Below, piece after piece: positions 1-13,911 of a stretch of 64,000 nucleotides of DNA (position 1 is its first letter; every line of letters begins with the position of its first letter). Made by a program: the position numbers and the translations under genes. The notes under the pieces were generated by a model. That model was not told the origin of the DNA. It was given only the letters and a program-made list of their open reading frames with translations, and did not search any database. Source of the DNA: Rhizophagus irregularis (taxonomy: Eukaryota); contig NC_089429.1 in NCBI RefSeq assembly GCF_026210795.1, forward strand, positions 4,092,001-4,156,000. Reading direction: 5' to 3'.

Positions 1-867
1 ACAATAACCACCAGGAAATAAAATTATTTCGCATAATTTTTGTCATCATTTTTCTAATATCCCTGTTTCTATTACTAGTTTTGAGAAATCATCCTTCATC
101 AAAATACATACGTGATCGAATTCCTATATCGAATTCCTATATCGATATCTTGTTCACATGATACATATTTCATTTCTCTCATACAGATGTTGATGTTTCT
201 GTTATCATCCATTTTTGTTATTGTCTTCAGTCAGAATCACATAATTACCTTATCATACCATGTTGTTAACAACACGTCTTCTAAAATATAAGAGAAAATG
301 TCTGTCCATAATAACACTGATTTAAACGTGGCCATGTTCTTAAGCATTGGGTCATGATAGGGTTATTGATTATAGCACATTTGTATGGTTCTACACATCA
401 CTAGGGGTCTATTCGACATTGCTCTTAAACAACAAATAGATTCTCAAAAGAAATTGTCCAGACAGATAGGAAATAGATAAGGATAGTAATCGAAAACAAA
501 ATGTGGAGCATTCCCAAATCGTTCCATTAATTCATTGTATTTGTTGTAACTACGCACAACCCATATAGGATAAATGTTTTGTCAGTTGCGAAACAACAAT
601 AATAAAGAATAGATTTTCTTGTGTTTTACATTATTTTCTCGACAGAAAGAACTTTCGAGTCCACAATATATCTAAATGTGAAACAGTGAAAAAATAAGTA
701 ATATGATTCTTCAGCCATTATTGTATACCTCTTAACTACTAGATAATAAACAGTTTTATCGTAAATAAATATGTTTATGTAAATAGTTACCTTTTCGCCA
801 TTGCATATAACCAATCTCAAGCCCTTTACTGTTTGCACTTAAGTAGAACTATTTCCATATTCACTAT

Positions 868-1146
868 CACTGGTAAAAAAATGGTCTATCCTACACATAT
901 CCTACACATATCTTACATATATCGGGTACTCAAAATGTAGAAAATCATACACAAATAATACACATATCATACACATATCGGGTACTTATATATATAGTAT
1001 ACCTATCAGGTACCTGATATATGTATGATATATATATTAGTACCCGATATGTGTATGATATGTGTATTATTTGTGTATGATTTTCTACATTTTGAGTACC
1101 CAATATGTGTAAGATATGTGTAGGATAAATCATTTTTTTACCAGTG
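868..1146. mobile_element. Palindromic (foldback) MITE with CACTG termini, CMC/EnSpm-like
   Basis: Begins CACTGGTAAAAAAA and ends TTTTTTTACCAGTG. Nearly the whole element is an inverted repeat. 3-bp TAT duplicated on both sides. Confidence 0.85.
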
Positions 1147-2505
1147 TATGAACTCAATTTCACTTCCATATTTTTTATTTCGTGATCATGGTAACATTAA
1201 AGATGCAGAGCTTTTATTGCAAGATATGAATAATAAGAGAAGTAAAATGGTGATTATGTTTTCGATTTGATTATCACTATATCACTACCGTATTTAGAAA
1301 ATCCTGATGGAATATGTCCAGTTACTAGAATAGTATGGAATGCCAGGCTGGACAGATATGGCATGCCAGACTGGACAGAAATTTAATGTTAAGGGTTAAA
1401 TTATTTGACGTTTAAGGTTAACTGTGACAGTCAAATATTTTACCAATTTCACCATAACCTTTGCCATCACCGTCAAACTGTTTGATTTTACAGCTATAAT
1501 CTTTGTCGTTCACCATCAAACCGTTTAAAAAAGTTTACTGATAGGCAAACAGTTGCCTGATTAAGTAAATCATTTACTAATAAATCTAGCATATATATTG
1601 CTATTTTTTAATTTTAACTATTCTTAGTAATTTTTTTTAAATATAAAAGGCAATTTTATAAATTTAGAATTACTTGTTATAGTATGACCAAAATCTAACA
1701 TCAAATTTCCAAATATCAATGATACCTATTTTCGCAAACTTTCGTTTTCTAATTTTTTCTTTAGTGAACATGTTCCACTACTATATATTGCTCCTTGTAC
1801 ACGTACTTCTACATAAATGTCTCGTTTTCTCTCATAACAGTCTCTTTTTTCTCACAAAATCTCTTTTTCATTCACAACAACTTACTTTTCTTCACATTTA
1901 ATATATTTTTTCTATACAATCTATACTTCAATAAATTTCCATTTCTTTTTAAAGTTTACTTTTTTTTCGTAAAATTATGTTTGGTTCAGGTAAATGCTAT
2001 AAAAAGGATTGTGGCTGCCAAAAGTTTTGGCAAAAGCCAGACTCTTTAGAAGTCAATATTTGCGGTTGTGATCATCATGAAGCTTTTCATGAACAAGTGA
2101 TAGTTTTATTTTTCTTTTAATTATAATAATTACTTAATAAATAGAAGTTTGCTATTTATCACCGGCGGTAATCATCACCGGTGTCACGTGATTATAATTA
2201 GAAAGTGAATTTATCGCAAAACATTCATTTTTATTTATTAAGTTTATAATCATGTTTATAATTGACAATAAAATATGGCTAGACGTTTAAAATTATGAAC
2301 CCTAACCTCCAAAACCTAACTAAAGTTTGCACCCATTCATTTTTTATTCTACAATCTCGTTAATCTCTAAACCCGCTAATATTAAACCAATCAAATGTTG
2401 TATAACGTACAGTACATCATTTATTCCCACAACGAGTGCATATATTCCCAATGAAAGAAGTATTGGGTGTGTTTTTTATCTAGCTACCATACCGAAGAAA
2501 CACAT

Positions 2506-3059
2506 TTACTGAACAGAAGCTTTGTTTTTTGCGCAGCTTCTGATATTATGACCTTTTTCTAAGCAATAACTACACGTCTTAGAAGATGAAGTTATGTTTT
2601 GTTTACTGGTCATTTCCATTTGCGACTTATAATGTTTGGGAGGATGCCCTTTTGGCTTGTGATACTCGGGATTTGATATCTCTGGAATACTATTATTATC
2701 CACTATAACCAACGGTTCTAATGGTTGCCGTTGGTAGTTATTCTTCGTAACATCATAAGAAAAGGTCTCTTGGACTTCATTGATATATATTTAGTCCTGT
2801 GTTGTTTTGATATTTCATTATAAATTGAGAGAGAAGTCCAGTCAGTTCCCCCGTTGCACCTTCCACCACAGCAATTTGAACACTAGTCTTCGCAACGGAC
2901 ATCGTATTACCAAATTCGATTCTTTTATCAACCTTTTTCTTAACAGTTGATGTATAAACATTGCCACTTCGAATTTGATCAATGTAATACACCAGTTTGC
3001 TTGAGTAAGTCTTATTTCCTTAAGCAATTGTAACGTAATTTGATGTTTCAGGTGGCGTA
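2506..3059 (-). pseudogene. MULE transposase, C-terminal part with zinc knuckle
   Basis: Continues in frame from ...HTRWFES at 18698 as TPPETSNYVTIA once the CACTG element is removed. Ends in CSYCLEKGHNIRSC. Confidence 0.85.
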
Positions 3060-3869
3060 CACTGGTCGAAATCATTTCTTTCAGCATTAATACCATTCGT
3101 CAAAAGTTCATCATCGCCATCACGTGATTCATCACACATTCGGCTAATCATAAAAATTGGAAAAAATTTGGCATAAAGTTTTTTGGTCGATTTTTGGTTG
3201 AGTTGTAACATAAAAAAAACCATAAATCGACCAATACTTTTTTTTATCGATTTTTTATTAACAATGATGATCAACTTAAAACTTTTTTGACGATTTTTAA
3301 CCATTTTTAATTAATTAATATCAATAATATTGCGCAATTCCGCAATTAGTCTGCAAATGTGGAACTGTGGCATTATTATAAACACATTTTACTGACAGTT
3401 TCTATCATATTTTTCAAAAAATGCAATTGAATTGGTAAAAAAATGCATTTTTGCAAATAAAGAAATCCAAATTCAGCCAGATAATTTGACGGATTATCCA
3501 ATATCCATTGAATTATCCGGTTTATGGCTGAATATTAAAAAAATCAAATCAGCTGGATCAACAATAACCGTCAAATTAACCGGCTGATCAGTTTTTTTTA
3601 AAAGAATCATTCTTTTTTTAAATTTATTAATGAAAACGATTTTTTCTTTTACTTTAATGATAAGAAATAATCGTTTAGTTTAAAATTGTATTTTTTTGCG
3701 ATTCCGAAATTTATCCGCAATTACAGATTATTTGCGTAATTGCACCGCAATTACCTATTTGCGGCACCATCTTTAACGTGAGATTATCCAGATTAAGTTA
3801 AAAAAAAGCGGGTTTTTTAATGTGGCTCCTTCACCCCTATCTATTTCTTTCTCCCTTTTTTTTTCTCCT

Positions 3870-3960
3870 TTTTTCGTTATTTCCCCTCCCTTATTTCGTT
3901 ATTTCCCTCCCTCATTTCGTTATTTCCCCTCTCATTTCGTATTTCCCTCCCTTATTTCGT
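3870..3960 (+). repeat. Short CT-rich tandem repeat (about 21-22 bp, TTTCGTTATTTCCCTCCC-like)
   Basis: 4-5 imperfect copies visible. Confidence 0.7.
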
Positions 3961-4029
3961 TCTTTTTCTTTCTTTCGCCCTTATTCTTCTATTGGCATTG
4001 ATAGAAAAAAAATTTTTTTTATTTATATT

Positions 4030-4583
4030 TTTTATTTTGTAGGTTTCGACTTTCGGTGGGCTTTGAATATTTGAGTAAGTTTCGAAGTAAAATTTCAAAA
4101 CTTTTTTTAAAAAAATTATTTTTTTTTATTTTATTTTAATTTTTTTTAATTTTTTTGTAGGTTTCTTTCAGTTCTTGAGCGTTGGATATATATGGTGAGT
4201 TTCGAAAAGAATCGAAACTTTAAAAATAATTAATTTTTTTTTAATTTTTTCTTTCTTATATTTTGTAGATTCTTTCAGTTATATAGGTCTTTGGATATAT
4301 GGGTAAGTTTCGAAGTAAACTTCGAAACTTTTAAAAAAAAAATTATTTTTTTTTATTTTATTTTTAATTTTTTTTAATTTTTTTTGTAGGTTTCTTTCAG
4401 TTCTTGGGCGTTAGATTTATATGGTGAGTTTCGAAAAGAATCGAAACTTTAAAAATAATTAATTTTTTTTTAATTTTTTCTTTCTTATATTTTGTAGGTT
4501 CTTTCGGTTATAGGTCTTTGGATATATGGGTAAGTTTCGAAGTAAACTTCGAAACTTTTAAAAAAAACATTTTTTTTTATTTA
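4030..4583 (+). repeat. Intron/micro-exon tandem array, left part (5 units)
   Basis: Units of about 110-120 bp: TTTTGTAG, a 32-34 nt core, then GTRAGTTTCGAA and an AT-rich spacer. Confidence 0.75.
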
Positions 4584-5133
4584 CAGTCAACTCCCTCTAT
4601 AGTCACTCCCGTTATAGTCACATTCTACTATATAGTCACACCAGTTGAATGTTCAAAACACTTTATTATTAAAAACTATCCTATATAGTCACAATCTATC
4701 TATAGTCACTATCACACCTATCCTCAAAAATCTTATATTAAAAAGAACCGTTTATAATCACAGTTATATAAAGAATATATTAAATAACTTGGCATCTAAT
4801 AATCGTACAAAGATGTATCATAGCTTGTTAGAATCGTCTCACCGAGATGAATCGAATGGTGGTAGTTTTATCCTTTTGCTTTACAAACAGTCTTATGACT
4901 TTATCTTTTATTTATACTTTGAACTTCGAAAATATAATCGAACAATATTACAAAAATAAGAAAATAAACTAATAAAAAATAAAAAAAGTAGCTTCACGAT
5001 TCATACAAGTAAAGAAATCTAAACTAAAATAAAATTAAAGCAAAGAAAAGCTGAACTATTACAGAATCGCATACCCCAACTTTACCCAAAGGCCAGTGTG
5101 AGTCAACTATCTAACATCCAAAAATCCAGTCCG

Positions 5134-6870
5134 TTACCAGAAAGAAATCCTAAGAGGTTGAACTGTTAAGCGGCGCAGAAAATCCAAGTGCGAGATCCAA
5201 GATCCACCCCGAATTATAGAAGAGGATATCCAAGAAATCCAGGAATCCTGAGAGACTGACGCCAAAGAAGAGTTGTGTTGTTGTAGAGAAGTAGTATTAG
5301 GAGAAGAATTTGTAGATGGGCCACGTAATTTGAAAGCAGCCGAGATACCCTGCGACTCTTCCCAAGCATGGAAAAGAACATTTCGACACAGCCAAATTTC
5401 ACCATACAATTCGACTTGGAAGTCATTAAGAAGGGGAGAAATAATCTTGTATATAACAGAGAGAGGAAAGTGTCGATTCAAAAATGCCGTTAAATGCGCA
5501 GGCAACAATCCTCGAGTAAGCCAAAGACAGGATGAAGAAGGAGCTTCATAGTTCCAACAATCCAAAGCAAAGAATTCGGTATGAAAAGAAATATCCAAAG
5601 ATTTTAAGGATAGGAAAGAAGATAAACAAGAATCTCTAAATTTAATGACTTCAGACCGATGTGTTAAACAGGAATTTAAATCTGGTAAAATATAAGGACA
5701 AGTCCAAAGATGATTCAAATCTTCAGGAGCAGAATTACACTGCGGACAGAGCCAGTCAGGAGAATATAAGTAAGGTTTGCGTTGTTGAAGAGTAGTTAAG
5801 GTAGGCAACATATCCAAAAGGAGTTTGATACGGAAGGTCCAAAATTCAGGACGACCATTCCTATGTGAAGCGAAACCTTTAATTTGTGAAAGGCAAAAAT
5901 ATATACCAGCCCAATCAAAAAGTGAAGGAGAACCAAGAGCAGTAAAACGCGCTAGTGAACAGAAAGATAAAAGAGCACGAGCGTCTGCAATAGAGCGGAG
6001 AAAATGTCGAATATTCACGTCAATAGGCAAGGAGTTAAAAGTCAACAAGCATGGAGCATAACAAAATGTTGAAAGTAGAGTAGTGGGTTGTAAAGACGAA
6101 TGAGCATCTTTTGCCAAAGAATCCGCTTGTATATTGTAGGTATCATCGCCATGAGCAGGGACTTTAATCAATTCAACATTAAGATTACGATCCATGATAA
6201 GTTGTCGAATAGAAAGCCAAAGAAGATGATTAGGTTCTCGGAGCAACTTCGGTGAGAAAGGAGCATCAACAAATCGTGTCCATAGTGAAATTAACTGACT
6301 ACAATCAGTATGAATAGAGATTGACGAATCACGGAAAAGAGCGTTCAATCCTAATAGAACAGCAGAAATTTCGGAACGCAAAGCGGAAGGAAAGTAAGAA
6401 GGGAGATGCATGGAAGAAGATTCCAGAACAAGTCCAACATCATCAAGAGCAATCCAAGCAGAAGTCATGGAAGAAGGCAAAGAATCATTGGCAGGATGGA
6501 ACGAACCATCTATGTACAAAGATTGCACAGAAAGTGGTAAGATAGTGTCTTCAATTCTATCGATTCTATCCGTAAAGAGAGGAGAAAAAGCGGGAGACGC
6601 GTTTGAAAAATGAACAAGAGCCAAGAAAGTCGCATAACTCCATGAAGTAGATAGAGCAATGGGAAGGTAAGCCGCGAAAACTTTGGCATTTCTGGTAGGA
6701 TAGCCCACAGTATCCGATAGAGTTACATTAAAAAAGCATTTCTCGCTATTACAGCGTTGTCTGATGGCAGATTTCATGGATAAGGCGGGAATATTAAGAG
6801 CACAACCGGGACAAGGGTCATAGGATCGTTCATCAGCCGAGGTAGATACAGGAAGCCAATGAGACATAAT
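5134..6870 (-). pseudogene. LINE ORF2 C-terminal part: RNase H and CCHC zinc finger
   Basis: LYIDGSF, RSEISAVLLGL, IHTDCSQL, KVPAHGDDTYNIQADSLAK; CPQCNSAPEDLNHLWTC. Separated from RT by the hAT insertion. Confidence 0.9.
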
Positions 6871-9800
6871 TAGGGATGGGGACGGTTCCATCGGTTCCGT
6901 TCCAGTTCTGCAGAGCGGCGGAGCCGGCTCCGAGCTCAGTTTTATGGAACGGCTCTAGTCGGTTTGAGTCAGTTCGAGTCGGTTCGAGTCGGTTAAATTT
7001 GATTTATAATTAATGACGAACCAATCATCTACATTCGTTACTAATTTAGTAATAGATGTATTCGCCTTAAAATAGTGCCAATTTAATTGGTTTTTTAAAG
7101 TTGCACACTTAAAATTTACTATTTAAATAAACGCAACTGAAAATAAAATTTTTTTTTGATAATTTTATAAAATTTTACTAAAAAATAAATTCAATATTAA
7201 TATATTTGACCAACTTTCGTATATTTATTAAAATGTTTTTTTTTACAATATCAGTGAAAAATAACAAAATTCGAGTTGGTGGCATTGTAAAGTAAAGTAA
7301 AAAAAAACTGAATAACAGCTAGGCTAACTGGCTAAGAAAAAAAATTATTATTTGACTAGCTTATTATTAATCCAACTTTTCATACACAAACAAGCCCTTG
7401 CCGTTTCTGGCAATAAACGATTTCGGGTTTTAGTGATTGTATTTCCAGCTACCGAAAAGGCTTGTTCTGACGCAACACTTGTTGCTTGAATACAAAGAAA
7501 ATCTCGCGCAATGTTACATAATACCGGGAATTCGCTAGAATGCGCTTGCCACCATATGAGAGGATCGGTCCCCATATCAATCGGTAGTTGAAGATACCGA
7601 TTCAGTTCTTCAAATTCTATTGCTGGAATTACTGGAGGAGAAATTTCGTCATTGGTTTGATCAATTTCTTCATTTATTTGTTGCAATCGTGCAAAATACT
7701 GGCGTGTACTATTAGGAGCATATTGTTTTGCATTCATAGGTGAGGACCGTCCTTTATATATATTGTATGTGTCTTGAATATGTTGGAGAGCACTTACTCT
7801 TGACTCATCCAAGAATATTGTAAGTTTATTTCGAGGGTCCAGAATTGCAGAAGTAATCAAAGATTTATCCATAATCATCCAATATTGTCTTATTTTCTGG
7901 TGTATCAAAGTTGCCATTTCGCGTTGCGTAAAGGTCTCATTTTCCATATTTTTCATTAGATGTGCCTGGATTCCTGAAAAAATAAAACGAGTCTCACCCA
8001 TCGTTGGATAGGATGATGCTGACAAATATTTGGTAGCTTTTTCTAGGGGTTCAAGAAGCAAGAGCGTATCCTATTTAAAATAGGTAATATTAGTATTTTT
8101 TTAAAAAAAATTGTTACATTCTTTTTTTTTAAAATAATAATTAAAATTTTCTAAATTATTTACTTTGATAGCAATCCAATCGTCATCATTTGGGTAAAAG
8201 GCATGAATTGATCGATTATCAGCTACTAGTAAATTTAGTGCTGGTTCAAGTACCTCCAAACGCCTCAGCATATAGTAAGTAGAGTTCCAGCGCGTCTCTA
8301 CGTCAATAATAGGTTTAAGGTACTTCATTTCTTTTAAGTTGCATAAGAGACGAAGACTATCACATAGACGGGTCGAATTTTTAATGCTATTCATTAGTTT
8401 ACGAGCCTTTTTAATGGAATCGTTAACTAATTTTAGTCCCTCTTTTACACCTAAGTTTAGGACGTGTGCAGCGCATCGGTAGTGAGAAAAAATCATGGAT
8501 GAAAATTCGTCATCCATGTCTAAAGCAATCTCTCTCCCACAAACTATCATTGCAGATTCATTATCTGTCGTGAGCGCGATGATTTTATTGGAAATATTGA
8601 ACTCCTCCAAAATTCGCATTATTTCTCTTGCAATATTTGCTCCGGAATGGCTAACTGTAAAAGGGATGATATCGAGAAGAAAATTCTGGAGTTTCCAGTT
8701 GGAATCCACATAATGGATAGTGAGTCCTAAAAATGCCTCCCGGTTTATGGTAGACGTCCACATATCTGCCGTTAACGTGAATTTTCCTTCAATTTTATGG
8801 AGTTCATTGATAACTGCATCTCTTCAGTTTGTAAATGTAGCAATTATTAATTCTATTTAATTAGAAAGAAAATTAGATGTTATTTTATGAGTTTTAAAAA
8901 AATTTTTTAAGATAATTACCTTTTGCCTTATGTCTATCAGGAATAATATATCGCGGGCAGAAAAAATTGATGAATATTTTAAAATAATGGTTTTCAACAA
9001 CCGTGAATGGCTGAAGGTCACAGATCAACCAATCAGTAAGGTATTTATCGTGAATTTGTTGTTGTTCTTCATCAAAAGGATCCCTTTTTTCAATTAAGAC
9101 ATGTTTTTTCTTAGGTACACTTAAACGATGTTTATTAAGATGCTTTCGCAAAGTACTAACACTTGTTGTTATTCTGTATCTATTGGAACATATTTTGCAA
9201 ATATTATAGCCTGGAGCATATGACGGATTTTTATAAAAGTATTGCCATACGGCACTTCCTGACGTAGTTGTTATATCCGAAATGTCAGTATCTGATCCTA
9301 TATTCATACGTGACAACTGGCTAGCTGAATCATCAGGATCTAAAACATCTTCCCACTCCTCATCAAACTCTTCATCTTCAAGCACTAAATCTTCTTGGTC
9401 GGGAACAAATTCTTCGTCACTTAATGACATTTTGAGATGAGAGGAAAATTTTTTTTTTGTCATCTTTTTAGATTATCGGTATTTATTTTATCAGCTATTA
9501 GTCTGTTACAGATTCTTTTTTAGGAAAATCATCATATTTATAAAGCCGATTTTGTTAATTTCATAGTGTACGGGATCAAATACAAGTTTCTTAACCGATT
9601 AATTATTATTTCAACATAAAGGAATAATTCAAATTTCCTATTTTGTATATTTATAATTATTGTAACTTTCCCGTTTAATTCAACCATTTTTCAGTTCTTT
9701 GATTATTGGGATGTAAATTTTTTCGTATAATGGTTTTTAAGAAATAATCGTAAGAATTATTTCTTACGTTTTAAGAAATAATCGTAAGAATTATAAAACT

Positions 9801-10202
9801 TTGCCTCTTAGTATCTAACCTTCGAGATGGTGATTAATTTTGTTAATACATCACAATTTTAGAATTTTTATTTACGAATAATTGAAATAGTTTTTAGAAT
9901 AAAAGTCCTTTTATTATTTAAAAAAATTTAAAAAAAAATCATTGACGTAATTATGATTTAATATTTATTTTATGACGTATTTGCCGAAAAATAATATCAT
10001 CTGATAGCATCTGATAGTCACTTGATCGCTGATCTCCATAAATCGACTCTAACAAATGACTATTATAATATTATAAACCGAACTGAACTGCTCCAGTCAA
10101 GCGGCTGAGTTCTAGAGAACCGGAACTGATTCTCGGTTCCGGCTCGGTTCTCAGTTCTGAACCGTGCTCGAGCCGCTCATTTGTGGAACTTCCCCATCCC
10201 TA
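6871..10202 (-). mobile_element. hAT DNA transposon inserted in LINE ORF2
   Basis: TIR TAGGGATGGGGA/TCCCCATCCCTA, 8-bp TSD GACATAAT, subterminal CGGTTC/GAACCG motifs. Confidence 0.95.
7348..9463 (-). pseudogene. hAT transposase (BED finger, DDE, dimerisation domain), 3 exons, one in-frame TGA
   Basis: VWQYF..CKIC..LRKHLNKH; LTADMWTS; TTDNESAM; CAAHVLNL; ETRWNS; SVASEQAFS. TGA at 8824-8826. Confidence 0.9.
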
Positions 10203-13200
10203 GACATAATAGCCGAGTTTTGTTTCTTATAAGTGATACACACACGACCAACAGATAAAGTTTGAGTAGCAGAGTCAAAATTAATAGCCCATTGAGGATA
10301 AAAAGAATAATCTTTAACAGTATGATCTAATAAACAAGGAGATGCTAAAGTAAAAGAAGAATTAATAAAATATGAAGATAAAAGTAAAGTAGAAGAAGAA
10401 GAAAAGAGAAAATTATTATTGATAAAAGTAAACCAATTAGGGATCCGTCCTTTATGACCAACGATGCCAAGATAACGAAGGTCAGGCCAATTCATAAGAT
10501 AACGTCCACAAGGAGAAACCAACTGAGCAAGCACAAATATATTCAAGTTTTTCCAAAGTTTCCAACTCGATTGAAAAATGGAATGAGGTAGAATAGATCG
10601 GAGTGGCAGAGCAGGTTGTAGATCATGCCTCGGAGGCCGGAAGGAAAGAGACCACGTGATGTTCAAACGCGAAGAAAACAATAACGAATTAAACAAAGTG
10701 TGCATTCGCAAAGAAACGATCTGTGACCATGGTTCTAAGTTAATAGTAGTCGGGCAACTTTCAGCACCCAAATATCCTTGAAGATAGGAGATAGCATAAA
10801 GGGCAAAATCTTTGAAATCAGGGATGAGTGAAAATTTTTTGCCAAGATGCAATATGGGAAGAAAGAAAGCGATAGAAAGCATTTTGAATCGAAAAGGGAA
10901 GTTTGAGAAATAACAAGGGCAACGGAGTAGTCGTAGCAAGACCAGCTTTTCTTCGAAGTACTGAAAACAGAGGCTTGACAATTGATTGAATAGTACTTTC
11001 AGAGAAAAGGGTAGTTTGAAGACGAAATTCCAATCGCGGAAGAAGGACAGCATTATAGAGATAGGCCACATGTTGTGCTAATAATTTCTTCGGTCCCAGG
11101 AGAGCTGCCATATCTTTAACCATGGAGCGCGCTTGTTTGAGAACAAAATCAGAAGAGGCGGATAAAGAAAACCAAACGCCTAAAAAGCGAAAGGAAGCAT
11201 ACAAAGATAAAGAGGAAAGGGAAAGAGACAAATCAGAGACTAAAAAAGAAGGTGTAAGATCAAAAATAATCTGTGAAGAAGGGGAAGAAGATGAAAGAAG
11301 AACATATTTAGCTGAATTAGCTTGAACATTATTTAAAGTATAAAATTCAGCAGTAATAGAAAGACGGTCTTCTATTCCAGATTTTGAAGAAGCAATAAGT
11401 GTAGAATCATCCATAAACGTTAAATGTGAAACTGGTAAAGAATGTTGTTCAAATTCAAGTGGAGAATAATTTAAAAGAGCTGAAGATTTTAAAATAAAAG
11501 GATCGCGTGCTTCTTGATTCAAAACAGTGAGTAAGGGATCCAAATAAATAACCCAAAAAAGAGGGGAAATGATTTCTCCTTGATCGATACCAACACGTAC
11601 TCTATAAGCAGCTGTATCGCCATGACAAGTAATTATCTTATTATTTCGTCGTGTAAAAAGATTTAAAATAAATCGCACTAAAAGTGCAGGGATATGTAAC
11701 CTATCTAAAGCTAATTTAAGCATATTTAGATCCATAGAATCAAAAGCTTTAGAGATATCTTGAGAAACGATCTATAGTTCCTGATCATCAGTAGAGTCAT
11801 GTTTATGTTGATGGATAATCGCATCAAGCATTTTGATAGGGACATCAGTAGAACCACCAGGTAAGCCAGCAAAGTTACCACCTTGGAGAACTTTATTATC
11901 AGCAAGAATGTTGGAGAGACGATTCGTGATGACCTTAACTACACATTTTCGAACTGTTTCCAGAAGAGTAATAGGTCGAGTGTTCTTAAGTTGAGCATCA
12001 AATTCGTGAGGTTTAGGAATAGGATAAACCACAGCTTCACGCCAGTCAGCAGGAATATCACCGCGAGAAAGGCAGGTATTGGCCAGTAAAAGAGAGAAAT
12101 CCAAGACTTCACCGGACAGATGTTTAATCATCTCATAAGAAATTTTTGAAGGGCCGGAAGCTTTGTTATTTGGCATGGAGGAAATCACAGTAGACCATTC
12201 TTGTAGCGAAATAGGCGCCAAAACAGGATCATATAGTGAAGCGGACACATTAGCAAGAGGAGTGTAAGCTCGTTGCCATCAGGCGGGAAATGAAATGATG
12301 GAAGAGTAACGGGTCAACGGAGGGGAAACAATTGATTGAAAATGAGAAACAGCTGCATGTTTAATATCCGAAGGATCCGTTAATAAAGTAGGAGTTGAGT
12401 CCAAAACGACTAGAACACGGTCAAGAACAATTGAACGTTTTTCTACTGATAAGGCAGAATCTATAAAGGTGCCGAGCGAGTTCAAAAAGTGTTCGTCACG
12501 TAGTGCAGTATAATATTCCACTGAGTCCGTAAGGTGTTGGGCGAATTTAGTAGATAAAAAGGCAGAAACTAAATTCTTCTGTGATCGTAAAAACGATTTA
12601 AATACAGATGCAGGGGCTGTAGAATAGGTAGGAACTGAGTAATCAGGGAGTAAGGATGCAAGATTTTCAAGATGGGAGGGCAAAGCGGCAGTCATTTGCG
12701 CAATCTGAGTAGGCCGATTAGAACGACGAGTAGTAAGGCGATATAAAAATCGATCTAGAAACTTGTTAATAGCAATAAGTTTAGTTAATTCAGGAGAGTA
12801 CGAATGTCGGTGTGTATTGGAGACTTTTTGAAAGGGTAAAGTTTCAATTGCAGCACTAATTATGGCAGCTTTCAATGCATGCCACATACGATCAAGAGAA
12901 AGAGAGGAGAAATCAAAATTAGGGTGATATTGTCTATCTAAATAAACTCCAAGAGAATCATCTACTTCAGTGGTAAAATTATTCCATTGTTCAACTGAAG
13001 TGGAAGCGTAAGAGAAAATAGTACGCAATTCTTTTTTTTGTTTAAGACGAGATTTAGCCAAGATAGCCAGGCAAGAACTGAAGTCAAAAACAGTCGTAAG
13101 AACTTTGTGATCGGTAAAAGGACGATCAAGAAGACCCGGGCAAGTAACCACTTGTAAAAAAAGACCAGGAGCAGGAAAACTGGGTGAAGACCAGATATAA

Positions 13201-13862
13201 TCCAGTCTCGAAGATCCATTATCATGAAAGAAGGTGGGATCAGGACCATTTGTAGAGGAATGATCTTGATGATCGGTAAAAAACTGAGAAGAAAGCAAGC
13301 GAAGAAGCTTAAAATGATTAGGTGAATAATTAGAATGAGCGATTACATCAGCATTGAAGTCGCCAAGAATAACTACAAAATAATTATTAGCTCAAGCATA
13401 ATCGAGCCAAGAAAGAAGTTTGGCAATAAGATCATTGCAAATAGATTGATGAACAGAACCAGAAGGGGGATAATATATAGAAATAATAGAAATTTTAGTT
13501 TGATGAAAGAACAAATCTAATTTAAGAAGTCGACCATTCCAAGGATCAATTGTTTGAACATGTTTATGAAGGGGATTACGTAACAAAATATCAACACCAT
13601 CATAAGGGCGAGAAGAAGAAGATGAACAAGCCCAATAGGACTTAAAGTGATGTAGGGAGTGTTCATTTTTAAAAATAAATTTAGCATTTGAAGGGGAAAG
13701 ACGCGTATCATTAATAGATAAAGCACCAAAAGAGGAGTGAAGAAAAAAATTAAGCAAATGTTGTTGTCGAACTGGGGAACATAAACCATTAACATTTAAT
13801 TGACCAAATTTGATAAGGGGAGAGGGGTGAGGGGAAAAATTATGTTTATTGTTGTCCATCAT
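10203..13862 (-). pseudogene. LINE ORF2 N-terminal part: APE endonuclease and reverse transcriptase
   Basis: APE motifs QLNVNGL, GDFNAD, SRLDYIW, TDHK. RT motifs KASGPSKI, RPITLLE, QGEIISP, FMDD, FRFLGV. Stops at 13392, 12279, 11772 and a frameshift near 10820. Confidence 0.92.
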
Positions 13863-13911
13863 TATTACACACTGATAAATCGGTAATAAAGAAATGGGAA
13901 AAAGAGAACAA

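Noticed and set aside
1..860. Possible decayed gene on the minus strand (626-838 ORF)
   Set aside because: No recognisable motif; cannot be supported.
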